A stretch of 64,000 nt of DNA from contig JBNGBT010000011.1 of the NCBI GenBank assembly GCA_049903315.1, positions 1 to 64,000 of the forward strand, read 5' to 3'. The first letter of the stretch is position 1. Each line of letters starts with the position of its first letter. This document shows, piece by piece, positions 1 through 9,913 of the stretch. Origin of the DNA: Candidatus Cloacimonadota bacterium. Its GTDB lineage: Bacteria > Cloacimonadota > Cloacimonadia > JGIOTU-2. The notes under the pieces were generated by a model. That model was not told the DNA's origin and searched no databases. It saw only the letters and a list, made by a program, of their open reading frames with translations. A program made the position numbers and the translations under genes.

Positions 1-3000
1 TCAAGGCGTGCGTCGCCATCACAGGTAACGGTCACTGTCTGGGTATTACCCTGACCGACTGATCCTGAAGCTGGTGATACACTGACCCATTCGGAACCAA
101 CAGCTAGATTTACATCGTCAACATACCAGTAATCGATGTTGAATGAGTAACCATCAAAGAACCAGCAAAGCTGGAATTGATCGGAACCCATATCAGCATT
201 ATCGATCGTGACTGCAAAGGTTTCGGGACCCATGTTAGCTGTAGGTGAGGTTGACCATACGGTATTCCATGTGGTACCGCCGTCGCTTGTTGTGGCAACA
301 CCTACGGTAATACCGGTGGAATAATAATCTAAGAAATGTTTAAATGTTAAATCAGCACTTGTATATCCGGTAGTATTAATAACCGGGCTGATAAGTCTTT
401 GAAGAGCTGTGGTAGAAGGACTCCAGTAGAAACGTGCTTCAGGAGGAGTTCCGCCAGCATAACTTGTGCTGGTCACACCCCAGTTTGTGCCGCCGCTTAC
501 TGTCCAGTACGCAGCATCATCAAAGCCTGAATGATAAAGAGTTTCAACGCCGGGAATGACGATTTCAATATCCCAGGCAAGGTTTTCTGCCATAGCATCA
601 TCAGCAATATTTGAGATGTAAAGCTCATCTGATACTGTACCGCCTGTACCCGCGATCATACCAAGTGTAAGTTCAGGGGGTTCGACAGCAACTTCAGGTG
701 AAGGAATAAGATCAAAGGCTACAACATAATATGTCGTGTTTATACCTCTCACCACATCCTTCTTGGCAGCTTTTCCATCAAGGATAACATCCCATTTTCC
801 AAGTATCCAGTAATAGGTGCCGTCCTCAAGTATTCTGTATTGCAGATATTCACTTCCGCCGCCTGCATAAGAATCTGCCCAGGCTAGTTCTGTAGAATCA
901 GCATCAACGAGCTTGATAGCGCCGTCAAATTGTGTTTCATCTTCCGGAAGTTCAAAGGCACACCATACAATATCGCCTTCGAGGCAATCGATTGTATAGA
1001 TATCTATGTCTTTTTCTCTGTAATCTGCGTTGTAGTAGATCTGTGCACCATCTGACACGAAGTCAAAGTGTGCAGGAGTAGCATCTACCATGAGATCATT
1101 TGGCTCATACGGATCTTTGGGATGAGCAAGTGCGGATGCCATAACCTGATGACTAACTTCAGCATCTTCTCTTGAATAGACAAGAACAGGAGTAAGCTGT
1201 GCAGCATCAAGAGCAGCATCTTCAGGAATAGAAACAGTCAGTACGAAGCTGCCTGTCTCTCCTGGTGCAAGCTCAAGATAAGGCACATTAACTGTCGCAG
1301 GCCAACCTGGTTGAGGACCAGGACCTGGACCGCCACCGCTGCCCGGATAATCAACATCATCTACGTACATTCCAGCATACTCAACAACGGTTGTTGCATA
1401 GAATGAAAAGACGATTTGAACGTTAGCCATTCCATCATAAGCAGAGAGATCAAGTTCTGCTAATTCCCAGGCGGTTGGGTTATAGGTATCAACTGTGAAA
1501 AGAATGTCACCATTCACGATAACATCACAGTAGTCCCATGAACCAAAGATATCAGACCAGTACCAGAAATTCAGATAAGCACCTGTGACATCAGAGAAGT
1601 CAACAGTTTTGCTCATGTAGCAATTTCCACCGGAGTTGGTGTAATCACCTTCCGGAACAGTTGCCCAGAGACCTGTGCCTGAATGAGCTGCTGGAGGAGG
1701 AGTATGTGTGCCGGTATAGTTGGCTACATTATACGTATTCGTCCATGCCCAGTCACCCACTGGATCCCAGTCTGCTGTGGCTACCCAGCCACCATCAGTG
1801 GTTTCAAAGTCTTCGACATCTCTCTTGTTATAACGGAAAGCTGAGCTATCCTGAACAATGATGATATATCGATCAGATTGAACACCCATGTTTGTGACAT
1901 CAAAGGTGTAGTCTATTGGATTGCCTGCTGCAATATAATCAGAAATATAAGATGGATCTACCGAGAAGTTGATTGGAAGATAAGGTGCCGGCATAATTAC
2001 GTTATCAAGACCAACACCACGTGATTCACTATTCAGCTCACTGCGATGACGGAATCTGATCTTTGCATTGTTCCCAATATAGGTATCAGGAATAGCTGCA
2101 AATACTTCTTCGTATTCATCCATTGGAGCATCTGAAGTAAGCATCGCAATGCATTCCCATGTGGGAACTTGATTAAGATAAGTATTAGAAATTTCCACCC
2201 ATAATGTATCGCCAGTTATGACTTCTGTTCCCTTTGCTTCATAAAGGTTATCGTTTCTCCAGAAGAAGTCGATGAAATCACCACCAGTGATTATAAGGCT
2301 TGGGGTCATAAGAATTGCGTCAGCGTCATGATACCAGCTACAACGTGCAAATCCTTGTCCTTCATAAGCATCGCTCATAAAGCGTGCCCATAGATCACCG
2401 GGATTTTCCCATCCAAATGGCGGGAAGGCAGTTTCTTCAAATCCTTCCATCACATAATCAGTACCCTTCACAAGAACACTAAGATCAATTGTGGAGTCTT
2501 CAACTGCGTTGGTGTGGAATTCAAGAACATCAAGATACATACCGATTGTCGTTGCATCAAGTGTGACGGTTGCGATACCGCTGCTGATAGGTTCAATTGA
2601 GTCGGGATAGGTAACGGAGAATGGCGGGTTCACTGTCGCGCCATCGAAGTAAAGTGTTCCATAACCATCATTATAAATAGTTACATCCCATGTATCAACT
2701 GTACCCTGATCAACCATACCAAAGTCATGCTCGGTTTCGTCAATGACCATGTAGGGTTCAGGAATGATCTCGACCCATGCAACATCATCAATATAGTAGT
2801 AGTCATAGGTTCCATTACAAGCATGTTTGAAAGCTACATAGCCGGTTCCTTTTGCAAAGTCGATCGGGCATGCAATCTCTGTGTACGTGCCGGTTACAGG
2901 GAAGCTCTGTACAAGTGAGAACGTGGAAGGATCATTAGGATCTGTCATTGTTCCCACTAATATGTCCTGATCACCTGAACTTGAGCGTACCATTGCAGTA

Positions 3001-4157
3001 ATGACATTACCCCAGACGCCTGTCTGCAGAGCAGGAGTAACAAGCAAAAGTTCTGCAGCAAGATCACTGGAGTTGTACATCTTTACGCTGATCAAGCCGG
3101 AATAGGCATAGGTCGCACTTGAATATGTGTACACATAAGGATATGTGCTTGTGGTCTGCACTATCGCTGACCATTTAGGTGGAAGCGCAGGTGCAGTACA
3201 CGCATCGAAGTTTTCGAAGAGATCGAGATAAGGTTCATATGCAGTTGTGTTGATATCAAAACAACTGAACTTTGTAGGATCTCCCTGCGAGGTTGCAGTG
3301 AAGGTTGCTGTGTCAGTAACATCTTTTGCTGCGGGAGCAGTCACACGTACTATCACAGTATCTGCTTCTCCAGATCCAACCGCAAGTGTTGAAATAACAC
3401 CAGTATCGTTTTTATCCCTTATCTCATATGGCCATGCGCCACCAGTCACAGTGAGGTCATAGACATCAGCATTATCGCCGAGATTGGAAACTTGCACGAG
3501 GTAATCGAAGGTCTGACCCATAAGAATATTCGCATCAGGTGTGAGCTGTGATGCAGCTACACCATAAGGAATATCGGCGAGAAGGCGGATGTTTGCTACA
3601 TAATAAGAAAGGTAACCGGTTGTATGACCTGGTCCAGGGGGTACGTAATCATCATAGTCACGAACCACTCTGTTTGTCTGGTTTGTGTATTTGAAGTTTG
3701 GATAACCGGTAGCGTAATCACCTCGATAGTTGACCCAGACAATCATCAGATTGTCAATACCATTATATGAGAATGGTGCGTCAAAATCAATTCCTTGCCA
3801 TCCAGTACCATCCCATGTAACTGTACCAGAATAAACCGAGGTGAATCCGAGTGCTACGGGATCGACATTTTCATTGCTCGGAAACTCTGTTAAGGTTGTA
3901 TGACCGATAAATACTTCTTGATTTTCCATCGCGTATGCGGCAGGTGTATTATTTACATTGTAATGAATTCCTGTGATATCTACTGCCATTCCAATTTCAG
4001 ATTGAAGATAGATAGTTTGGGTCCAAGAATAGTTATAATAACCATAGCAAGGAACGTAATTTTGATATCCAGTACCATCACCGATTTCAATGAATGCACC
4101 ATAGGCAAACGTTGTGGTAACAAGTAAAGTTATTAACAATAAAATGAATTTTTTCAT
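1..4157 (-). CDS. Large secreted multi-domain surface/adhesin-like protein (Ig-like, MAM/cleaved-adhesin-like and pre-peptidase-C-like modules); 3' end runs off the window
   Basis: Manual translation from ATG at 4157, with an AGGAGG RBS upstream, gives MKKFILLLITLLVTTTFAYGA (signal peptide). I found no stop in frame down to position 3 (...VTVTCDGDARL). Repeated E[GN]F[ED]...YIDDV/YVDDV-type modules and a DPYEPND motif are present. It is absent from the ORF track because no stop lies in the window. Confidence 0.85.
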   Translation of the reverse strand, partial: MKKFILLLITLLVTTTFAYGAFIEIGDGTGYQNYVPCYGYYNYSWTQTIYLQSEIGMAVDITGIHYNVNNTPAAYAMENQEVFIGHTTLTEFPSNENVDPVALGFTSVYSGTVTWDGTGWQGIDFDAPFSYNGIDNLMIVWVNYRGDYATGYPNFKYTNQTNRVVRDYDDYVPPGPGHTTGYLSYYVANIRLLADIPYGVAASQLTPDANILMGQTFDYLVQVSNLGDNADVYDLTVTGGAWPYEIRDKNDTGVISTLAVGSGEADTVIVRVTAPAAKDVTDTATFTATSQGDPTKFSCFDINTTAYEPYLDLFENFDACTAPALPPKWSAIVQTTSTYPYVYTYSSATYAYSGLISVKMYNSSDLAAELLLVTPALQTGVWGNVITAMVRSSSGDQDILVGTMTDPNDPSTFSLVQSFPVTGTYTEIACPIDFAKGTGYVAFKHACNGTYDYYYIDDVAWVEIIPEPYMVIDETEHDFGMVDQGTVDTWDVTIYNDGYGTLYFDGATVNPPFSVTYPDSIEPISSGIATVTLDATTIGMYLDVLEFHTNAVEDSTIDLSVLVKGTDYVMEGFEETAFPPFGWENPGDLWARFMSDAYEGQGFARCSWYHDADAILMTPSLIITGGDFIDFFWRNDNLYEAKGTEVITGDTLWVEISNTYLNQVPTWECIAMLTSDAPMDEYEEVFAAIPDTYIGNNAKIRFRHRSELNSESRGVGLDNVIMPAPYLPINFSVDPSYISDYIAAGNPIDYTFDVTNMGVQSDRYIIIVQDSSAFRYNKRDVEDFETTDGGWVATADWDPVGDWAWTNTYNVANYTGTHTPPPAAHSGTGLWATVPEGDYTNSGGNCYMSKTVDFSDVTGAYLNFWYWSDIFGSWDYCDVIVNGDILFTVDTYNPTAWELAELDLSAYDGMANVQIVFSFYATTVVEYAGMYVDDVDYPGSGGGPGPGPQPGWPATVNVPYLELAPGETGSFVLTVSIPEDAALDAAQLTPVLVYSREDAEVSHQVMASALAHPKDPYEPNDLMVDATPAHFDFVSDGAQIYYNADYREKDIDIYTIDCLEGDIVWCAFELPEDETQFDGAIKLVDADSTELAWADSYAGGGSEYLQYRILEDGTYYWILGKWDVILDGKAAKKDVVRGINTTYYVVAFDLIPSPEVAVEPPELTLGMIAGTGGTVSDELYISNIADDAMAENLAWDIEIVIPGVETLYHSGFDDAAYWTVSGGTNWGVTSTSYAGGTPPEARFYWSPSTTALQRLISPVINTTGYTSADLTFKHFLDYYSTGITVGVATTSDGGTTWNTVWSTSPTANMGPETFAVTIDNADMGSDQFQLCWFFDGYSFNIDYWYVDDVNLAVGSEWVSVSPASGSVGQGNTQTVTVTCDGDARL

Positions 4158-4734
4158 TTTTTTCCTCCTATTAAAAGGATAATTCAATTTTACTTAATTT
4201 TAAATTAATATAAAAACAAGTATACTGGGGGATAATCATAGAATCACATCCCAGGTTCCCTACTTGCGAAAGTAACATAATGGATATCCCGAGTATGCTG
4301 CGGGATTAAAACTCCAGCCATATAAAATTGTATCGTAAAAAAAGGCTGGTAACCTATTTTCGACATTGACATTCTCGCGTTTTCTTTCGTTTTCATTATT
4401 ATTGATATAAAGAATATTTATTATATTCTCCATTCAAATCATTTTTTTACTATCTAATATTTTGTTGTCAATTATTTTCTTAAAAACGTTAAATCTCCTT
4501 AAACCTATTAAAATCAAAGCATTGTCTGGGAAAAAGTTCTTGTTCGTTAATCTTGTTCATCATTTCATTTCTTTTCTAAGATTTGATGTTTCATTTCAGT
4601 TTTTCTTACTGACCATTATGAGAATCAATTATTTTTTTGTACAATTTTTTAATTTAAAAAATCTTGTCAACTGAAAATTCTTGACCGAGAAAATATGGAC
4701 ATCTCTTTGCATATAAATTTTAGAATGAGATACT

Positions 4735-6558
4735 ATGAACAGAATTAAAATATTAGATGAAAAAGTAATCAACCACATTGCAGCTGGTGAGATCATTGAA
4801 AGACCGGCATCTGTAGTCAAAGAACTGGTCGAGAATGCTATTGATTCAAATGCAACTATGATCGTGATCAACGTTGAAGACGGCGGTAAGAAGCTTATTG
4901 AGGTTATTGATAATGGGAGCGGAATGTCCCGGGACGACGCTTTGCTTTCTCTTGAACGTCATGCCACAAGCAAGATATATTCTCTTGATGATATACAGAG
5001 CATCTCTACTCTTGGCTTTCGCGGAGAAGCGCTTCCAAGTATTGCTTCAGTTTCTGATATGGAAATTATCTCATTACCGCAGAACGAAAAAAATAAACCC
5101 GCAGTCCTTATACGTATAAAAAGCGGAAATATTAAGGATGTATCGCAGACCGGCAGCGTTCCCGGCACTATTATCCGTGTACGAAATCTCTTTCTCAATG
5201 TTCCTGCACGCCAAAAATTCCTGAAAACCACTCAAACAGAAATGCAGCATATTACGCAGACGATCCAACACCTTGCATGCACTCATCACGACATCAGCTT
5301 TAAACTTGTTCATAATAACCGTGAAATTTTGAACTATCCCAAGGTAGAATTTCTTGAGAAACGTATCGTAGATATCTTTGGAGATAATTTCTTTAAAAAT
5401 AATGTGATCCCAGTACAGACGTCTCAAGAAGGATTAAAACTTCAGGGTTTTATTGGATCATATCACGAAGATGCAGACTGGAAGAAAATCCATTACTTAT
5501 ATATCAATGAAAGATATATTAGTGACAAAATCGTATATAGTGCGATTAAGAAAGCTTACGAACCTTTTACCAAAAAAAGTCTGCTGAAAAATCAACTCCC
5601 CTTATATATTCTCCTGCTCGAGCTTCCCGGGAATCTTATAGACGTTAATGTATCCCCAACTAAAACCGAGGTCAGATTCAAGGATTCGAGAATAATATTT
5701 AATTTTATTAAAACGTCACTCACCAACTCGTTGCTCGATTATGAACGGCAGAAATACGCAGAGTTTCATCAGGATACTACTGAATCCGAAGATCTTTCGC
5801 ACAGCTTAGAAGGAAGAAGCCAAAGATCAATACACAGAACTTCTCTCCACACAGGTCTTTCCGGCGAACAAGATCAGCGCACAGATCTTTTCACAAAGAC
5901 CCGAAAAGATGTGCAGCTTGCATATTTATTCGAAGATAATGTGGTGAAAAATAAAAATAAGATCATCGAATCGGAAATAGTCAATCCGTGGCAAATAGAT
6001 AATTCATTTATTGTTGTTGAGATTAAAAGCGGAATGCTTGTCGTTGATCAACATGCAGCGCACGAGAGAGTCCAATATGAAAAGATCAAGCACAGGCTTG
6101 AACACGATGAAAAGGGATTGGACGGTCAAAAGCTCCTCTTCCCTCTTGTGATCGATCTACCGAAGCATCTGCAAAAGATCATTCCTGATTTTATCGAAGA
6201 GTACAGGGAAATGTTTATAAAAGTTGGTTTTAAGATTAAAGTTTTCAGCGGTAACTCCATCATAGTAGAAGAAATTCCCAAGGATCTCCAGGAATGGAAG
6301 AAGGGAGATATCCTCGTTGAGATTTTCAAACAGATCGAGGAAGAATTTTCTCCTGAAGGAGATTTTCGGGATACACTCGCAAAATCCTATGCTTGTCATG
6401 CGTCTATTAAGCTTCATCAAAAATTGAGCAAAAAAGAAATGCTCGAACTTATTAATCGTTTATTTGCCTGCAAGAATCCCTTCTTCTGCCCTCATGGCCG
6501 CCCAACAATAATAGAAATCACTTTTGAAGAGCTAAAAAAACGCTTTAAGCGAATATAA
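4735..6558 (+). CDS. mutL: DNA mismatch repair endonuclease MutL
   Basis: IAAGEIIERPASVVKELVENAIDS, GFRGEALPSI, DQHAAHER endonuclease motif and CPHGRP. Confidence 0.97.
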   Translation: MNRIKILDEKVINHIAAGEIIERPASVVKELVENAIDSNATMIVINVEDGGKKLIEVIDNGSGMSRDDALLSLERHATSKIYSLDDIQSISTLGFRGEALPSIASVSDMEIISLPQNEKNKPAVLIRIKSGNIKDVSQTGSVPGTIIRVRNLFLNVPARQKFLKTTQTEMQHITQTIQHLACTHHDISFKLVHNNREILNYPKVEFLEKRIVDIFGDNFFKNNVIPVQTSQEGLKLQGFIGSYHEDADWKKIHYLYINERYISDKIVYSAIKKAYEPFTKKSLLKNQLPLYILLLELPGNLIDVNVSPTKTEVRFKDSRIIFNFIKTSLTNSLLDYERQKYAEFHQDTTESEDLSHSLEGRSQRSIHRTSLHTGLSGEQDQRTDLFTKTRKDVQLAYLFEDNVVKNKNKIIESEIVNPWQIDNSFIVVEIKSGMLVVDQHAAHERVQYEKIKHRLEHDEKGLDGQKLLFPLVIDLPKHLQKIIPDFIEEYREMFIKVGFKIKVFSGNSIIVEEIPKDLQEWKKGDILVEIFKQIEEEFSPEGDFRDTLAKSYACHASIKLHQKLSKKEMLELINRLFACKNPFFCPHGRPTIIEITFEELKKRFKRI

Positions 6559-6590
6559 AAAAAAAGCCCGAAGAAAATTCCTCGGGCTTA
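6556..6590 (-). terminator. Intrinsic terminator between convergent mutL and the 6609-7664 gene
   Basis: Stem AAGCCCGA (6564-6571) / TCGGGCTT (6582-6589), with an A-run that reads as a U-tract on the minus strand. Confidence 0.75.
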
Positions 6591-6608
6591 AAAGAATTTA
6601 CAAACCTT

Positions 6609-7664
6609 TTAACGAATTACCATCACTTTGTGAATATTTTCTACATCATCAGTAACGATCCTCGTGAAATATACACCTGTGGGAACTTCATTTCCAGCAT
6701 TATCGGTTCCATTCCATGTAATACTATGGATATCAGCTATCCTATCTTCATTTGAAAGATTTTTCACAATCTGTCCTTTGATGTTATATACATCGACAGT
6801 TACATGTGCTGCTTCTTTCAATGAGAAACTGAAGGTCGTGCTCTGAGCAAATGGATTTGGTGTATTTGTAATAGAATTCATCACGATTGGTCCATTATCC
6901 ACAGATACGCCACCACCGGTAAGCCAATCATACATATCGCCGAAAAGGGCATTTGCCGTTGTAGGAACATCAATTGCGGCAAACGAAAGAGTCGTGAATA
7001 TTGATTTGAACACACCAGTATCCTTCTGCACTGCGCATGTTCCTACAGGGGAAGGACTATCAACCTGGAAGAGACCCATTGCATCGGCAGTGAAAGTAAG
7101 AAGTTGATCAATATACAATCCTTCTTTCGCTGTAGTGAAAACATCTGTAGCAGTAAAAGTATAACCTTCTGCACAAGATCCTACTACACCTGATCCGCTC
7201 AACACATCAGGATCTTCGATATACCATACATCCTGGCTTACTGATGCAAGACCAAGATAATCATATGGGAATTGACCGGCAGACAAAGTTCCTGCAGTCG
7301 GATAAGATGCCCAGAGGTAATCCTGTCCTGAGAAGAAGAGAGAGCCGCCGCCATCAAGATAACTTGCCACCTTCGCTTCTGAAGCGGGGGTCATACAGTC
7401 ATCGCCATAATAGCCCCAGCATTCTCCGCTGAACCAAATTATACAGTCATACATCTGCATAGTTGCAAGATCTGGTGTAAGCAAATCGGTTTGAACTTGA
7501 AAATAAGTATAGGTAATACCGTTTGCAATGAGTGCAGTTTCATAATAGGGCCAGCAGTCAGTGTAACCACCCTCACTGAGGTCATGGTCAACGACAAGAG
7601 CATCTGCATGCACAAAAGTAGCAGCAAAAATACCAATAACTAAAAGCAAGAGAATTTTTTTCAT
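6609..7664 (-). CDS. Secreted acidic protein with C-terminal FlgD-Ig/Por-secretion-type tail
   Basis: Signal peptide. C-terminus NTPNPFAQSTTFSFSL...VYNIKGQIVK...WNGTDNAGNEVPTGVYF...KVMVIR. Confidence 0.8.
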   Translation of the reverse strand: MKKILLLLVIGIFAATFVHADALVVDHDLSEGGYTDCWPYYETALIANGITYTYFQVQTDLLTPDLATMQMYDCIIWFSGECWGYYGDDCMTPASEAKVASYLDGGGSLFFSGQDYLWASYPTAGTLSAGQFPYDYLGLASVSQDVWYIEDPDVLSGSGVVGSCAEGYTFTATDVFTTAKEGLYIDQLLTFTADAMGLFQVDSPSPVGTCAVQKDTGVFKSIFTTLSFAAIDVPTTANALFGDMYDWLTGGGVSVDNGPIVMNSITNTPNPFAQSTTFSFSLKEAAHVTVDVYNIKGQIVKNLSNEDRIADIHSITWNGTDNAGNEVPTGVYFTRIVTDDVENIHKVMVIR

Positions 7665-7909
7665 ATTTGTTACTCCTATTTTTTTTGATTTCTACAAAAT
7701 TCATCGGATTTGATGATGCCTATTAAAGACGTTAACATTTTCAATGCACCCTTGTTGGAATCAAAATGAATTTTAAAACATTTTCTATTTTCTTAATTCT
7801 AATTCATTCAATTCTCAAAAAACTTCGTCAACTTTTTTTTTATCTTGATGAAATAAATTATAAATTAAATTTTTGGATATAAATAAATCCCGAAAATGAG
7901 ATAAAATTA

Positions 7910-9703
7910 ATGATCAGAGAAAATATTCGTAACTTCTGCATAATCGCACATATCGATCATGGAAAATCTACCCTTGCAGATAGATTTCTGGAGTTAACCC
8001 ATACCGTAGAAAAACATACTGTAGATCAAATTCTTGATGATATGGATCTTGAGCGGGAGCGTGGAATTACAATAAAAGCTCATCCAATAAGGATGAATTA
8101 TGAGTTGAATGGTAAAAAATATATACTGAATCTCATTGACACACCCGGTCATGTTGACTTTTCCTATGAAGTTTCCCGCAGTATTGCAGCATGTGAAGGA
8201 GCGATCCTTCTTGTTGATGCAACACAGGGCATCGAAGCACAAACCCTCAGCAACCTCTATATTGCGTTGGATTACAATCTGGAAATAATTCCTGTCATCA
8301 ATAAAATTGATCTTCCTGCAGCAAATGTAGAGAGAAGAAAGCATGAACTTGCAAATCTGCTTGGCGTTTTTGATGAAGAAGTACTTGCCACAAGCGCAAA
8401 AGAAGGTATTGGTATCGAGGAAATTCTTGCTGAAGTTATAGAAAAAGTACCTCCCCCATCTTCTGATACAAAGGAAACAAGAGCGCTTATTTTTGATTCA
8501 CAATACAATCAATACCGTGGTGTTGTAGTACATATTCGCCTTTTTGACGGAACACTCGCGAGAGGTGATGAGATACTCCTGTATTCCACAAATAAGAAAT
8601 ATCAAATTGAAGATATTGGTTATTTTTCGTTGAAAATGGAACCGTGTAAAAAACTGGAATTCGGTGAAGTGGGATATATTATTGCAGGCATTAAGGGTGT
8701 GCGGGAAGCAAAAGTCGGAGATACAATCACACAAGCACAAGCTCCTGCAAAAATTGCACTGCCTGATTTTAAAAATCCGAAGCCAATGGTGTTCAGCGGT
8801 ATCTATCCCCTTGACGGAGTCGACTACAATAATCTCAGAGACGCACTTGCAAAATTTCAATTAAATGATACGTCGCTTATTTATGAACCGGAAAACTCAG
8901 CAATTCTGGGATTTGGTTTCCGCTGTGGATTTCTCGGTATGCTTCATCTGGAAATATTTAAAGAACGTATCAATCGTGAATATGATATCCCGATCATCTC
9001 AACCACACCAAGTGTCGAATTTATTGTGAAACTTACCAATGAGAAAGAAGTTCATATTGATAATCCCTCACAAATGCCTGATGAAGCTTCTATTCATTAT
9101 ATCGAAGAACCGATCATGGCATGCGAGATACTTGTTCCTAGTGAATATATCGGCAATATTATGCACCTTGCCCAGGAACGCCGCGGGATACAGAAAAATC
9201 TGGAATATGTTGATGAGGATAGAGTAAGTATCAAATATGAATTTCCGCTCATTGAGATACTTTTTGATTTTTATGATAAACTCAAATCTGTAAGTCGCGG
9301 GTACGCATCATTTGATTATGAATATAAAGAGCACAGACGGTCTGATGTGGTAAAGGTTGATATTCTTGTGAACGGCAACCGGATCGATTCAATGTCTTTC
9401 ATCACCCATAAAGATAAAGCATATTCGTGGGGAAAAAGTATCACAGAAGAGCTTGCCGGTATCATTCCACATCATCTCTTTAAGGTAGCAATACAGGCAG
9501 CGATAGGTGGTATGATCATTGCGCGAAGTTCTATTAATGCACTCCGGAAAAATGTCACGGCAAAATGTTATGGAGGGGATATTACACGTAAAAGAAAATT
9601 GCTGGAAAAGCAGAAAAAAGGGAAAAAGAGGATGAAAGAAATCGGTCAGGTCAGTATTCCACAAGAAGCTTTCCTCGCCGTGCTTAAAGCCGACAGAAGT
9701 TAA
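7910..9703 (+). CDS. lepA: Translation elongation factor 4 (LepA)
   Basis: IAHIDHGKSTLADR, LIDTPGHVDF and C-terminal KCYGGDITRKRKLLEKQKKGKKRMK. Confidence 0.98.
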   Translation: MIRENIRNFCIIAHIDHGKSTLADRFLELTHTVEKHTVDQILDDMDLERERGITIKAHPIRMNYELNGKKYILNLIDTPGHVDFSYEVSRSIAACEGAILLVDATQGIEAQTLSNLYIALDYNLEIIPVINKIDLPAANVERRKHELANLLGVFDEEVLATSAKEGIGIEEILAEVIEKVPPPSSDTKETRALIFDSQYNQYRGVVVHIRLFDGTLARGDEILLYSTNKKYQIEDIGYFSLKMEPCKKLEFGEVGYIIAGIKGVREAKVGDTITQAQAPAKIALPDFKNPKPMVFSGIYPLDGVDYNNLRDALAKFQLNDTSLIYEPENSAILGFGFRCGFLGMLHLEIFKERINREYDIPIISTTPSVEFIVKLTNEKEVHIDNPSQMPDEASIHYIEEPIMACEILVPSEYIGNIMHLAQERRGIQKNLEYVDEDRVSIKYEFPLIEILFDFYDKLKSVSRGYASFDYEYKEHRRSDVVKVDILVNGNRIDSMSFITHKDKAYSWGKSITEELAGIIPHHLFKVAIQAAIGGMIIARSSINALRKNVTAKCYGGDITRKRKLLEKQKKGKKRMKEIGQVSIPQEAFLAVLKADRS

Positions 9704-9913
9704 TATTACTTTTGAATAAACCACAGAGGTTCAGAGATCACAGAGAGTAAAAGAAAATTATTGTTATTAGAAAGTCTAGGGAATCTTAAAATTATCAGTT
9801 CGTCAATCTCAATATTATTTTACCTCAACAGAAGCACCCTATTGACTGTCAGTTAAGTCCCAAACCTATTACTAATTTTACATTTTCCATTTTTAATTTT
9901 AAATCTCTTTTTT

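Noticed and set aside
1..3. TCA at the window start read as the stop codon of the large minus-strand ORF
   Set aside because: It is out of frame with the ATG at 4157, so the ORF continues past the window edge.
110..4127. Short ORF-track entries in 110-4127, and the many 60-190 aa ORFs overlapping housekeeping genes
   Set aside because: They are antisense or off-frame shadows of long, well-supported CDSs and have no recognisable motifs.
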